IMG/VR virus record: IMGVR_UViG_3300001200_000012
Span: 1,483 to 65,482 of that record
Length of the DNA: 64,000 bases
Source of the DNA: a virus
Direction: 5' to 3' (one strand)
Part shown: positions 35,881-45,217 of the stretch, one piece after another
Position numbering within the stretch: the first letter of the stretch is position 1
Layout: each line of letters opens with the position of its first letter
Notes under the pieces: generated by a model
Seen by the model: only the letters and a program-made list of their open reading frames with translations
The model's database searches: none
What the model was told of the DNA's origin: nothing
Made by a program: the position numbers and the translations under genes

Positions 35881-37860
35881 TTACCTAACCGGACAAACAC
35901 CCGTCTTACAATCATCATCCAATAATTCCGAATCAACCGCACCGCCTAGCTCTTTGTCCCAGTCAATAGGGGTAAGACCGGAAGTGTATTCAACGTAAGC
36001 GTCTTTGCTTACTACTTCTTGCGGGAGATATGCCGCGCCGAAGTCTTCAGCGGTCTTCGTTGGGTCAGTTCTAAACGCCCAAGACACGCCGACATAGCTG
36101 TCCCAGTATCGCTCCATCCAGTTAATAATGGCAGGAACTTCTTCAGGTCCGTATGATACGGTCAAAGATACGTTCTGATCACACCAGTTATCCATCAACA
36201 GGCGATAGCGTTCAAGCTGGTCAATCGCTGATTCAAGATTTACCGGAGTGCCTTGGAAGTCATCGAACGGGATGCCGTCAAATTCCATCGGAAATTTAAT
36301 CAACACGGAAGTCTCTGATGTAGGATGAGGCTTCACTTCATATCCCGCCTTTTTGAGAATATCAATCAGAGGGTCAGAGCGCTGATAAACAACGTTGTTG
36401 AAGATATAACGCCCAAGCGGGAGATGTGCCCCTTCAGTTGTATCCATAACCTTACCAATTGTCCCGGAAGGCTTGACGCAGGTGACGTTCTTCGGCTTGG
36501 GTGTACCTAACTCATCAGCCATAGACCAAGCACCTTGTTGCGCCGCAATACGCATCATCTTATAGTCATGACCGCTCAAGTCCGGGCGGCGAGCAATCCC
36601 GGTTAAGGAGACGCCGCACAGATGTAAGAATTGATTATTCTCGTGCCAAGTGCGTTGTAGTATTCCGTCATCCAGGTCAACAAGCGTCTGGCGATAGTTC
36701 GCGCGCGATACGAGCCGCAGTGCTTCTAGTAAGTCGTTGAACTGTTCGAACTTAGCAACATCTGTCTCAACGAGATTACAAAAGCCTTTATCAGCCAGCA
36801 GGATTTCAACGCAAGGGTTCGCGGTATCAAACCAAGGCGCTCGTTTGCGAGCAGCGGCGGCGTTTATGAAGCCGGGTTCATTACCCCCTGTGCTAACAAT
36901 GCGTTCAAATATATCCTCAAGCTCTGCGCGCGTAGGTTGCTCCCAGAACAATATAGAGTTGTTAGATTGAGCGCGGTGAAACTTCTTTGGGTCCCCGTAA
37001 CAATTCTGCTTGAAGCGCATGAAGTGGTCAATCTCCGGGTCGTCCCAATCCATGAGAAGAATTTCAGCGCCGCGTCTCCCGGTCTGGATAACGCCAAGAT
37101 GGTTTACAATATCCGCAATATCCATCTTACGAAGAAGTTGCCCGGCTCTCCGGGAAAGAATACCACAAATTGCCGGAAACTCTTGTGAAATGACCGTATC
37201 TCCAGCAGACTTCCAGCCGTAACGCGAAAGCCTTGAACCCTCTGGACGTAACTGCGAGAAATCCAACACGAGCTTCTTAGCTGGATATTTACCCGCCAAT
37301 AATTTACCTACAGCCTTAGCCCAAGCCTCGCCGCTATCGCCAACGCGGATTGTCCAAAGTTTCTTCTTTGGGTCCCACGTCTCTGTGTTGTGTTCTTCGC
37401 CGCCCTTCCCGGTCCGTTCGGAGCGGATGACTTCAATGTCCGTGATTGGGTTCATAAACCCGGATAGGTTCCCGGCTTCGGGACGTGCGCCAACACCGCA
37501 GCCGTTTAAGAGTAGCCAGAGCAGGTCAACGAAGTCGTAAACCGTCTTGACGATAAGGCCTGAACAATTAAATTGACTGACTTCCCGCTCTTTAGATAGA
37601 GGGGTGCCGCCCAACCAAAGCGTCCGGCCTGCAGGCATACACTGGCGCGCAAGGAATAATTCTTGGAGCTGTTCAAGCTCCTTATTCTCTGTAGCTGTCA
37701 GCGGCTTCCCTTTCGCGCGCTCCCAGAGCCAACGTTGGTGAGCAATCACCCGGTCTATAATATCCGGGATAGTTTCGAACTGGTCTTCACTATCACCAAT
37801 GGGGCGGGAGTAAGTGCGCATAGCAACGGCTAAGGCACGGGCTGACATACTTTGTAACAT
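35881..37860 (-). CDS. nrdJ: class II (B12-dependent) ribonucleotide reductase
   Basis: PAGRTLW, FNCSG, NPCVEI, VKPSGT, QNVSLTV, C-terminal CKTGVCPVR. Confidence 0.9.
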   Translation of the reverse strand: MLQSMSARALAVAMRTYSRPIGDSEDQFETIPDIIDRVIAHQRWLWERAKGKPLTATENKELEQLQELFLARQCMPAGRTLWLGGTPLSKEREVSQFNCSGLIVKTVYDFVDLLWLLLNGCGVGARPEAGNLSGFMNPITDIEVIRSERTGKGGEEHNTETWDPKKKLWTIRVGDSGEAWAKAVGKLLAGKYPAKKLVLDFSQLRPEGSRLSRYGWKSAGDTVISQEFPAICGILSRRAGQLLRKMDIADIVNHLGVIQTGRRGAEILLMDWDDPEIDHFMRFKQNCYGDPKKFHRAQSNNSILFWEQPTRAELEDIFERIVSTGGNEPGFINAAAARKRAPWFDTANPCVEILLADKGFCNLVETDVAKFEQFNDLLEALRLVSRANYRQTLVDLDDGILQRTWHENNQFLHLCGVSLTGIARRPDLSGHDYKMMRIAAQQGAWSMADELGTPKPKNVTCVKPSGTIGKVMDTTEGAHLPLGRYIFNNVVYQRSDPLIDILKKAGYEVKPHPTSETSVLIKFPMEFDGIPFDDFQGTPVNLESAIDQLERYRLLMDNWCDQNVSLTVSYGPEEVPAIINWMERYWDSYVGVSWAFRTDPTKTAEDFGAAYLPQEVVSKDAYVEYTSGLTPIDWDKELGGAVDSELLDDDCKTGVCPVR

Positions 37861-37863
37861 AGG

Positions 37864-39072
37864 TTATCCTTGAACTATGGTTAGACGCTCTTGGGCGCGC
37901 GTGATGCCTGTGTACAACCACTCCTTCCGGGAACCCCGGTGAGTCCAGTCGTCAAACAGCATAACATTTTGCCACTGCGAGCCTTGAGATTTATGAACAG
38001 TGAGACAATAGCCCCAGGTGAATACTTCCCCGTTGGGGAAACGCGGCATAGTGTCTTCGTCAATGAAAGCTTCTTCGCAAATCGGGACACCTTGTTTGTA
38101 TCCGTCTTCATCTTCGATAGCGAGAACACCGCCTTGGTAGTCTTCCGTAACGCTCCAAATTGTACCATTGAGCAATCCTTTATCGTGGTTGTTGCGCAGA
38201 CAAACAATCTTTTCTCCGTTGGTTGGAAGTTCGAACCCAGACAATCCTTTTAGGTCCCGGATGCGTTTATTTATAGCCTTCCTCTTTTGATTTCTGCCGC
38301 ATAATATTTGATCTGCCAACAGAGCGTCAGCGGGGTCAATCTTTGAGACAACTTTCGCCAAGCCGTAATCGCCCAAAACAAGGGAGCGTCCTTCACGCAC
38401 GTCAGTTGCTAGACGTATGATTGGGTTGTCGGCGGCTTGTCTATGAATTTCTGTTAACAACATATCCGGCGTCCGGTTCGTAAACGCTCCACCACCCTTA
38501 ACTGGGGGGAGTTGTGCCGGGTCGCCAAGGACCAGTATGCGTACACCGAAGCTGCACAGGTCTTCCATCATGCGTTGGTTGACCATAGATATTTCGTCAA
38601 TGACGACAAGTGAGGCGCTGTTCAAGTCCGAATACTCTTTCAATCCGAACTTCAGCTTGCCAACGTCTTCCTCTGCCTCTTTAATCGCGCGCCGAACGGC
38701 GACAAGGCGTTGACGGACACCGTGGGGCTTCGGTTCAATCGCCATGAGGTGTTTTAATTCTTCGTTCAGCTTAACCAAGTGTTTGTCGCTATTGACTAGC
38801 GGCGTATATATAAGCTGGTGAATAGTCTTAGCGCCGTGACAGCCGGACTTGCGCATTACACTCGCCGCCTTTCCGGTATAGGCGGCATATAGGATTGTCC
38901 CGGATATATCTTCAGCCAAATGTAGGGCTAGTGTTGTTTTACCCGTTCCGGCATATCCGGCGAGATAAAAGACTTGAGGTCCATCAGCGTCTTTCAACCA
39001 GGCGCTACAAAGCTTCAGAGCCTTGTCTTGTTGAGGACTCCACTTCACGATGCTGCCTTCCGCGCAGCCCAT
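37864..39072 (-). CDS. Dda/RecD-like SF1 helicase
   Basis: GYAGTGKT, DEISMV, GDPAQLPPV, YCLTVHKSQGSQW, YTGITRA. Confidence 0.9.
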   Translation of the reverse strand: MGCAEGSIVKWSPQQDKALKLCSAWLKDADGPQVFYLAGYAGTGKTTLALHLAEDISGTILYAAYTGKAASVMRKSGCHGAKTIHQLIYTPLVNSDKHLVKLNEELKHLMAIEPKPHGVRQRLVAVRRAIKEAEEDVGKLKFGLKEYSDLNSASLVVIDEISMVNQRMMEDLCSFGVRILVLGDPAQLPPVKGGGAFTNRTPDMLLTEIHRQAADNPIIRLATDVREGRSLVLGDYGLAKVVSKIDPADALLADQILCGRNQKRKAINKRIRDLKGLSGFELPTNGEKIVCLRNNHDKGLLNGTIWSVTEDYQGGVLAIEDEDGYKQGVPICEEAFIDEDTMPRFPNGEVFTWGYCLTVHKSQGSQWQNVMLFDDWTHRGSRKEWLYTGITRAQERLTIVQG

Positions 39073-39578
39073 TGAGCCTTCGCTAGTGCTGATAGTTTCG
39101 CTTTATGTTCTGGAGTATGTATTGAAGCTAATCGTTTCGATTGCTTACGTCTATAAGCAGGGTCGCGCCAACGGTCTTTCATTATTTCGGTTTGTCGTTC
39201 TTTTTGTTTGGGTTGCTTATATCTCTCCAGAGCTGCTTTAGACATATTCTGTCTCGCTTCATCAGTATGTTTATAACCTAAAGGAGACGACAAAGCTGGT
39301 TGTATATTAAATCCTTTGATGGGGTCGAGCGCGTTTAGTTCCTTAACCCAAAACAGTTCACGTTCAAGTAAAACTTCGGTAGAACAATATTCAATTACCT
39401 CAAACACTAAATTGTCTTCACCATGTTTATTGAAAGTTCTTTGAAGAATTGAATTACAGTGCTTGGAATTACGAAGCTGGTGACGATGATGAGACCATCT
39501 TTGTCTCACATTCACAGATTGACCAACGTAAATCTTACCATTGTATTTAGATACTATCTTATAAATCCCGGACTTCAC
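39045..39578 (-). mobile_element. free-standing GIY-YIG homing endonuclease with NUMOD3-like repeat
   Basis: SGIYKI...IYVGQS; GYKHTDEARQNMS; paralog of 28369..28932. Confidence 0.85.
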
Positions 39579-39675
39579 GTCAGGCTCCTTTTCTCATTGT
39601 AGTGGTTTGCGCCCCGCTGGGAGGGGGGAATTACAGGGCGCAAACCTACCGTTTTAATTCAAAGGGGAGGACGAA

Positions 39676-40533
39676 TTAAAACGGAATTTCCTCATCATCT
39701 TCGTCACCTTTGACGGGTGCGGCATCGCGTTTCGTGGCTGTGCCCCGGTCCGCGTTGTCGTGGTCCGCTTTCATAGTTCCGGCACTGATGCCATCCATGA
39801 CTGCACGAGCCTCTTGATAAAGTTCTGAGTCAGGCGCTAGACGCGCTTCAACAGCATTGGCTCCGTCATATTCCACTGTGGTGAATTTATACCAGCTCTG
39901 TTTACCTTTCGTTTGATGAATGGTCTTGAGCTTATAACGGTGAGCGAATAGAGGCGGGTTGATGCGGCGTGTAGGCGTCTTAATCATTACTGATTTAGCG
40001 CGGAACATCCAATCTTTATATGCCTTGATATTCGTTGAAGCCATAGGCATTACTGCCGGCATGAATGAACCGTCCGGGAGTACCAGCAGACCGTAAACGT
40101 AAAACGTCTCAATCAATTCATTACCGCCCTCAAGCTCGTATTTACCAAGCGGTTGTTCGGACTTACATTTGAGGACAACTGGGTCATCAATTTCATAGTC
40201 ACCAACGTAGCCGCCACCGTCATCAACTTTAATCCATTCCACATACTTGTGGTCAGTGATGGAAGGAATGAAAACAATCTCGTCATACAATTCCCCGGTA
40301 GTTCGGTTAATAATTTGACCAGCTTGGATATTCTTATCCTTAAAGTCCTGCTCATTCATTTCAGCGCTGTTGCTCTGAACGATTGAGATGAACGGAATTG
40401 CGATGTCATCAGATGTCTGGTTTTGAAAACCACCACCTACATCATCGCCGTAGTCATAAACACCAAGCTTGGCGTCTTCTTTAATTGCGACATCAGTTGT
40501 GTCGCCTGATTTGTTACCCATAATAGGCTCCAT
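39676..40533 (-). CDS. probable single-stranded DNA-binding protein
   Basis: DIAIPFISIVQSNS family pattern; acidic tail DEDDEEIPF; replication context. Confidence 0.6.
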   Translation of the reverse strand: MEPIMGNKSGDTTDVAIKEDAKLGVYDYGDDVGGGFQNQTSDDIAIPFISIVQSNSAEMNEQDFKDKNIQAGQIINRTTGELYDEIVFIPSITDHKYVEWIKVDDGGGYVGDYEIDDPVVLKCKSEQPLGKYELEGGNELIETFYVYGLLVLPDGSFMPAVMPMASTNIKAYKDWMFRAKSVMIKTPTRRINPPLFAHRYKLKTIHQTKGKQSWYKFTTVEYDGANAVEARLAPDSELYQEARAVMDGISAGTMKADHDNADRGTATKRDAAPVKGDEDDEEIPF

Positions 40534-40616
40534 TTAAATGCGCGGACCTTTTACATGTTCCGGGCTTCCATGTTTGAACTTTCCCAACAGTCAGGCCGTG
40601 TCCCCGGCCAACGGTA

Positions 40617-41186
40617 TTACTTTGCTATTTTGATAGCAGCAGCTGTTTGAATATGACCGCCAAATAAAGGCAGTGGGACATCTTCACCCCCGGCGATAAG
40701 CTCCTTGAGCGTTGACGCCAACGTCCCCGGATGAACGGAGAGCTTATCAGCGGGAAGGAACCCGGCCTTGACTAGCGTGTCGTATGCTTCTTGGGCTTTC
40801 TCATTCTCATCACGTCCGAACTTCAAGCCGAACTCGCGCTTCACGATAGCGGCTTGGTTGTGGTCAGTAAGCCACTTGACAGCTTCAGCTAATTTGTCTT
40901 TTGGAATAGACGCGCGCAACGTCTCTTTAATTGTAACCCGGTCCCCGTCTAAGGTCTTCAAGTCATCTTGTGCCGCCTTAGCCATCAACTGCGGGAGCGT
41001 ATCTTCAAGCAGTGTTTTCTTCTGCGTAGTTAAGACCTTCAAAGCGGCTTCGGCTTCCGCTATCTTATCCGACAAGTCATGATACTCGCGAACGGTATTT
41101 GTAATGCGTGATAAAACATTGTCCGAATTTACGGACGCTTGAGCGTCTTCCTGGTATTGGGCAGCTACGTCATCTTGGGTTGACAT
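40617..41186 (-). CDS. conserved phage replication-region protein
   Basis: Coiled N-terminus; VHPGTLAS..KE motif; SD at 41193. Confidence 0.7.
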   Translation of the reverse strand: MSTQDDVAAQYQEDAQASVNSDNVLSRITNTVREYHDLSDKIAEAEAALKVLTTQKKTLLEDTLPQLMAKAAQDDLKTLDGDRVTIKETLRASIPKDKLAEAVKWLTDHNQAAIVKREFGLKFGRDENEKAQEAYDTLVKAGFLPADKLSVHPGTLASTLKELIAGGEDVPLPLFGGHIQTAAAIKIAK

Positions 41187-41225
41187 TGGGTTCTCCTTTT
41201 CTCATTTGTCAATCGGGGATAGCGT

Positions 41226-41573
41226 CTAACTATCGTTTGGTAAATCTAAATCTAGTGATACAAGCTTATAACCTTTGATTGTCCTATCCCACTGAAGAAA
41301 ATTCATTTGAGATGTATGCTCTGCCCAAAACAGGACGGTCAGCGCCAACACAATCGGGTTCCCGGTCAAGATGAGATAATCACCTGGCTGGGGTTGAAGT
41401 TCGTTGATACGTTCCTCAAGTTCCTTTGCTACAATTTCGGGAGCTGTTGTTATATTAACATTGGACGTCATTATCTCAACCAGTTCGCCGTAGCGCTCTG
41501 CCGGGGTGAAGTCCATGTATTGCCGTCCACCGTAAGATGTCGGCTTGCTTGCTATGAAAACTTTGTTAGCCAT
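41226..41573 (-). CDS. conserved hypothetical protein (small alpha/beta fold)
   Basis: GDYLILTGNP motif; coupled to the helicase. Confidence 0.65.
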   Translation of the reverse strand: MANKVFIASKPTSYGGRQYMDFTPAERYGELVEIMTSNVNITTAPEIVAKELEERINELQPQPGDYLILTGNPIVLALTVLFWAEHTSQMNFLQWDRTIKGYKLVSLDLDLPNDS

Positions 41574-43015
41574 TCTTTTATCTCATCACCTAATACTGTG
41601 TTGGCCACTTCCCGTTTCGCTCGTAAAGCGTTCAGAATATAACCGTCAATTGTATTCTCCGCAATCAAGTCCGTATAGATCACTGATTGGTTTTGTCCTA
41701 TACGGTGGTTGCGGTCTTCGCTTTGAAGCCTGTGCGTTAAATTAAAGCTGTTGCTATAATAGAACGTTGACTTGGCTTCGATTATCGTCAAGCCTTCTCC
41801 GGCAGCAGCTGGGTTCGCTATAAAGTCATCAGCGTCCCCGTTCTTCATCGCGTCCAGAGCTTCGCCGCGCGCTGTTTCGCTAGTCCGTCCGTCATACGTC
41901 ACGGGTCTTCGTCCAGCCATGCGGCTCGCTTCGGCTGCGGCGTCTATATCATATTGAAACCTAGCCCAAACAATAGAAGGGTGCGGCAGGTCAGACAAAT
42001 GCTCCTTCAACAGATTCACGCGCGGGTTCTTCTTCAGAGGGACGATTGGAACAACCTTATCATCAACCGAAACAAAGCCAGACGTTATCTGTTGAAGCCG
42101 AAGCAATCTAACGATAGCCATTTCAGCCGTTATCAATTCGCCGCTATCTAGCAGCATCATGAATTCATCCTTAACGCTTCGGTAGTGCTGCTTCTGTGCG
42201 TGCGTTAATTCTAGGTTGGAGACAGAGTAGAGCTTTTCAGGAAGGTCCAAAACGTCTTCCTTCAATATCCGGTCCGATATTTTCTTCAATACTTCATTCA
42301 ACTGGTCCAGGTTCCGATACGCAACAAGCTTGTTGAACTTCCCCCCGGTCTGTAATTGGACCTGAACGAACTCCGCAAAGTGAGACTTGAAAGCCGCAAA
42401 GCTTCCCAGTCCAAGTTCCCTAATCCAAAATTCAGGGTCAAGGAAACGCACTTGTGAATATACATCGAACGGCGAGTTGGCCACAGGCGTTCCGGTCAAT
42501 AGGCGTCTATAGGGTGCATACACCGAAGACGCTATTGCGGTCCGGGTTCGTTTTGCTCCAGGCGATTTAATTCGCGCGGACTCATCTAAAACATACATGC
42601 GTTCGTGCTTCCGTAAGAAGTCCCAGGCAGCTTTCTTCCCTCGCTTCGTTTGCATAGCGTCATACGATATAGAGAAGACCTTGAAGCCATCATGCTTCTT
42701 GAACTCTGTATAAGCTTTCTGAAACCACTTGGCGTCAGCTTTATCGCTATACCAGCAGAACAATTCCGCTTCCGGCGCGTCATGCGGCCAATGCTTGGGC
42801 ATCTCCTCAACAATCCAATTACGGTGAACCCCCGGCGGCGCTACAACTAATATACCATCTATGAGCTTCTGGTCAGCGAGTTGAGCTGCCGTATCAATAG
42901 TGGTCTTAGTCTTCCCGGTTCCCTGCTCATGGAAGTGTCCCCACGCAGCAGTGAAGCCATACGTGTCAACACAATGCTTCTGGTGGTCAAACGGTTTTAG
43001 TCTTGGGGTTACCAA
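41552..43015 (-). CDS. SNF2-family SF2 helicase
   Basis: HEQGTGKT, LDESARIK, LLTGTP, GEGLT, QSEDRNHRIGQ; TTG start with SD at 43022. Confidence 0.9.
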   Translation of the reverse strand: MVTPRLKPFDHQKHCVDTYGFTAAWGHFHEQGTGKTKTTIDTAAQLADQKLIDGILVVAPPGVHRNWIVEEMPKHWPHDAPEAELFCWYSDKADAKWFQKAYTEFKKHDGFKVFSISYDAMQTKRGKKAAWDFLRKHERMYVLDESARIKSPGAKRTRTAIASSVYAPYRRLLTGTPVANSPFDVYSQVRFLDPEFWIRELGLGSFAAFKSHFAEFVQVQLQTGGKFNKLVAYRNLDQLNEVLKKISDRILKEDVLDLPEKLYSVSNLELTHAQKQHYRSVKDEFMMLLDSGELITAEMAIVRLLRLQQITSGFVSVDDKVVPIVPLKKNPRVNLLKEHLSDLPHPSIVWARFQYDIDAAAEASRMAGRRPVTYDGRTSETARGEALDAMKNGDADDFIANPAAAGEGLTIIEAKSTFYYSNSFNLTHRLQSEDRNHRIGQNQSVIYTDLIAENTIDGYILNALRAKREVANTVLGDEIKEWLTKFS

Positions 43016-43230
43016 TTGTATCTCCTTTTCTCAACGTGCTATGAGCGGCTTCATTAGCTACCAGCCCCCGTTCTCCGCTACTCGCTTAGACCCGGCAAAA
43101 GGCCGTACACTTCCACAAGATACTGCCATGAAGGCGAAGTGGTGGACTTGAACCACCCAATCTCATATCACGAAACGTATCTAGGGAAAGACGCCCAATA
43201 GGGCAAGGGTCATCTGTTGCTGTGGTTTTG

Positions 43231-43462
43231 CGTAAGTAACATAAGTAATTTACTTACGTGACCAAATTCAAATTATTCCAGAATTTCAATTAGATACTTA
43301 TGTTACTTATGATACTTATATAAAAATAGAGGGAATACATATAAAGGGAGTTTACCTAAGAATATTTTTTCACGTAAGTACACAAGAGCGTAAGTAAGTC
43401 TTTGTTATTTTGGGACTTTTCAATGAATTCACATAAGTAACCACACAAGTAAAATACTTATG
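43231..43462. repeat. 9-mer repeat element B, homologous to element A
   Basis: Same 11 9-mers and blocks (gtgacca, agatacttatg, tttacctaagaa, aagtacacaagagc, taagtaagtc) in the same order as 6765..7002. Confidence 0.9.
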
Positions 43463-43826
43463 GGCCTTCGGGGTCTTGAGACACTTTGATTCCCGCTCCC
43501 AGTCCTTCAACCCAACCAACGAGCTTCGCTTTACCCAAAGCGCATTCATAATACTGCGGTGCCCATCCATTGAGAACAACGCCCATAACGATAGCGGGGT
43601 CTATAACTTCACCGTCAACCGGGACCGGACTATTGGGGAGTGTCGCTGGACACAATTGGAGATATTCCGATGGCGGCTGGGGCAGGGGACGCTCCAACTT
43701 CTCCGGTTCCTCTTGCGGTACTTCGTCCGGGAGCCGCACCCCCATTTGCGATAGGGTTGAACACCCCGACAATAAACTCACGGCTAAAACCATAAGTGCC
43801 ATCAGCAGCACACGTGTTGGGGACAT
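43458..43826 (-). CDS. outer-membrane spanin (Rz1-like lipoprotein)
   Basis: Lipobox LLSGC; Pro-rich; overlaps the i-spanin 3' end. Confidence 0.75.
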   Translation of the reverse strand: MSPTRVLLMALMVLAVSLLSGCSTLSQMGVRLPDEVPQEEPEKLERPLPQPPSEYLQLCPATLPNSPVPVDGEVIDPAIVMGVVLNGWAPQYYECALGKAKLVGWVEGLGAGIKVSQDPEGP

Positions 43827-44148
43827 ATTCGCTCACCTTCTTTCCCAGGTCTTTAATTTGATTTAGATATGCTCTGCGTTCAGCTCTGAACTCTGTATTG
43901 AGTGTAGCATTCTTCTCGCGTTCAAGGCCAAGGTCTTCTATTAGCTGCGTGTTGTGATCATTAACGGCTTTAACCTTCTTGTTGAATTCTTCTTTCTTCA
44001 GCAGCTCTCCGGCAAGAACCCGTTGGGACCATACGCCGCGTTCAGACTTAACCCCCTTAGCATGCCCAAGAGACATTCCATACAATAGAGTTATCCCGGA
44101 CGCAACAACACCAATCCCGGCGGTAGCTAGTAACGCACGGATGCTCAT
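43630..44148 (-). CDS. inner-membrane spanin (Rz-like)
   Basis: N-terminal TM segment then coiled coil; follows the endolysin. Confidence 0.75.
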   Translation of the reverse strand: MSIRALLATAGIGVVASGITLLYGMSLGHAKGVKSERGVWSQRVLAGELLKKEEFNKKVKAVNDHNTQLIEDLGLEREKNATLNTEFRAERRAYLNQIKDLGKKVSEYVPNTCAADGTYGFSREFIVGVFNPIANGGAAPGRSTARGTGEVGASPAPAAIGISPIVSSDTPQ

Positions 44149-45032
44149 AGCTTGCGCTCAACGGGGAATTGTTGCCAGTCAAGTTCGAAGTGTCCGAAGT
44201 CCCAACCCCAATCACCACCCCAAGTTATTTTATAGCCAAGCTCGCGCGCCGCTTCTTTTACAGCGCGTCCAATCTCATGATAGAGGCTTTCAGGCTTCCA
44301 CACTCCGGTTGAACCGATATAAGCCATCACGTCAACAGCATGGCTCCGGCGGTAACGCCGCCCCTTCCAACGACACCAACGCTTGAGATGGCGACTGTTG
44401 AGGGTCTTACTAGAACCCAGGCGCAAATATTCTTCTTGCTGTTCCATAGTGCGAGCGCACTGAACAATTCCAAAGTCCACGTTAGTTTTCTGAATTGCCA
44501 ATTCCATAATCTCAATAATGGCTGGATGTCCTTCCGATAGGCGAGCCTTGGACCTACGCCCAAGAACGAAGGATTTGGGACGCGGTACAGAGCTGGCAGT
44601 GGAACGGGAAGGAACTTTGCGCCACAACACGCCTTCATCTAAGCAAGATGTCTCAACCAAAGTATGTACACAACGGTCAACCGGGACGGGCTTGCCCTCG
44701 CTGAACGTATCGCCAACGATATATCTGCGGCCTGAATTAACTTCAACCATGCCAACCATATGGTCAATATAGTCGTTCGCTCCGGCTTGGGGAGACTTTA
44801 CGACAACGCGCCAGAGCTTATCCAACGGAACCCCGGAGATTGCTAGTAACTCCAATACGGTGCTGGCTAGGCCATCACAATCATCCCGTAGGTGGAACTT
44901 AGGGTCATCCAACATAGCGCGAGCAGAGCTGCGCCAATTCTCAACTTTATCGGCTGTGTAGGTGAATCGCTTAGGGGCAACGTAACGGTCCCAGTGTACC
45001 GCGTTAGCGTGTGTATTTATCTTGGACACCAT
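44145..45032 (-). CDS. endolysin: N-terminal transglutaminase-like C93 protease domain plus C-terminal M15 (L-Ala-D-Glu) peptidase
   Basis: DDCDGLA / DHMVGMV / VGDT putative Cys-His-Asp triad; M15 motifs RTMEQQ, SRHL, HAVDV, WGGDW, HFEL. Confidence 0.75.
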   Translation of the reverse strand: MVSKINTHANAVHWDRYVAPKRFTYTADKVENWRSSARAMLDDPKFHLRDDCDGLASTVLELLAISGVPLDKLWRVVVKSPQAGANDYIDHMVGMVEVNSGRRYIVGDTFSEGKPVPVDRCVHTLVETSCLDEGVLWRKVPSRSTASSVPRPKSFVLGRRSKARLSEGHPAIIEIMELAIQKTNVDFGIVQCARTMEQQEEYLRLGSSKTLNSRHLKRWCRWKGRRYRRSHAVDVMAYIGSTGVWKPESLYHEIGRAVKEAARELGYKITWGGDWGWDFGHFELDWQQFPVERKL

Positions 45033-45217
45033 TCATACTCCGGGTCAGCATCGCAAGCGCGTTGACACCAGATGACTTCCGGCTGGGCCAGGCATTGTTC
45101 CTTATCTTGCGGATAGGATTTAACTTCAGTAGGTTCTTCGGGAACCGGGACTGGAGCTGTTACGCAACCGCTTAATACGATTGCTACTGAAGCTGCTATG
45201 AGGAACGTGCGCTTCAT
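45017..45217 (-). CDS. small Cys-rich lipoprotein
   Basis: Lipobox VLSGC; four further Cys. Confidence 0.7.
   Translation of the reverse strand: MKRTFLIAASVAIVLSGCVTAPVPVPEEPTEVKSYPQDKEQCLAQPEVIWCQRACDADPEYEWCPR

Noticed and set aside
43125-43210. Canonical tRNA gene
   Set aside because: Only the T-arm is present; no upstream acceptor strand, D-arm or anticodon arm, and no CCA
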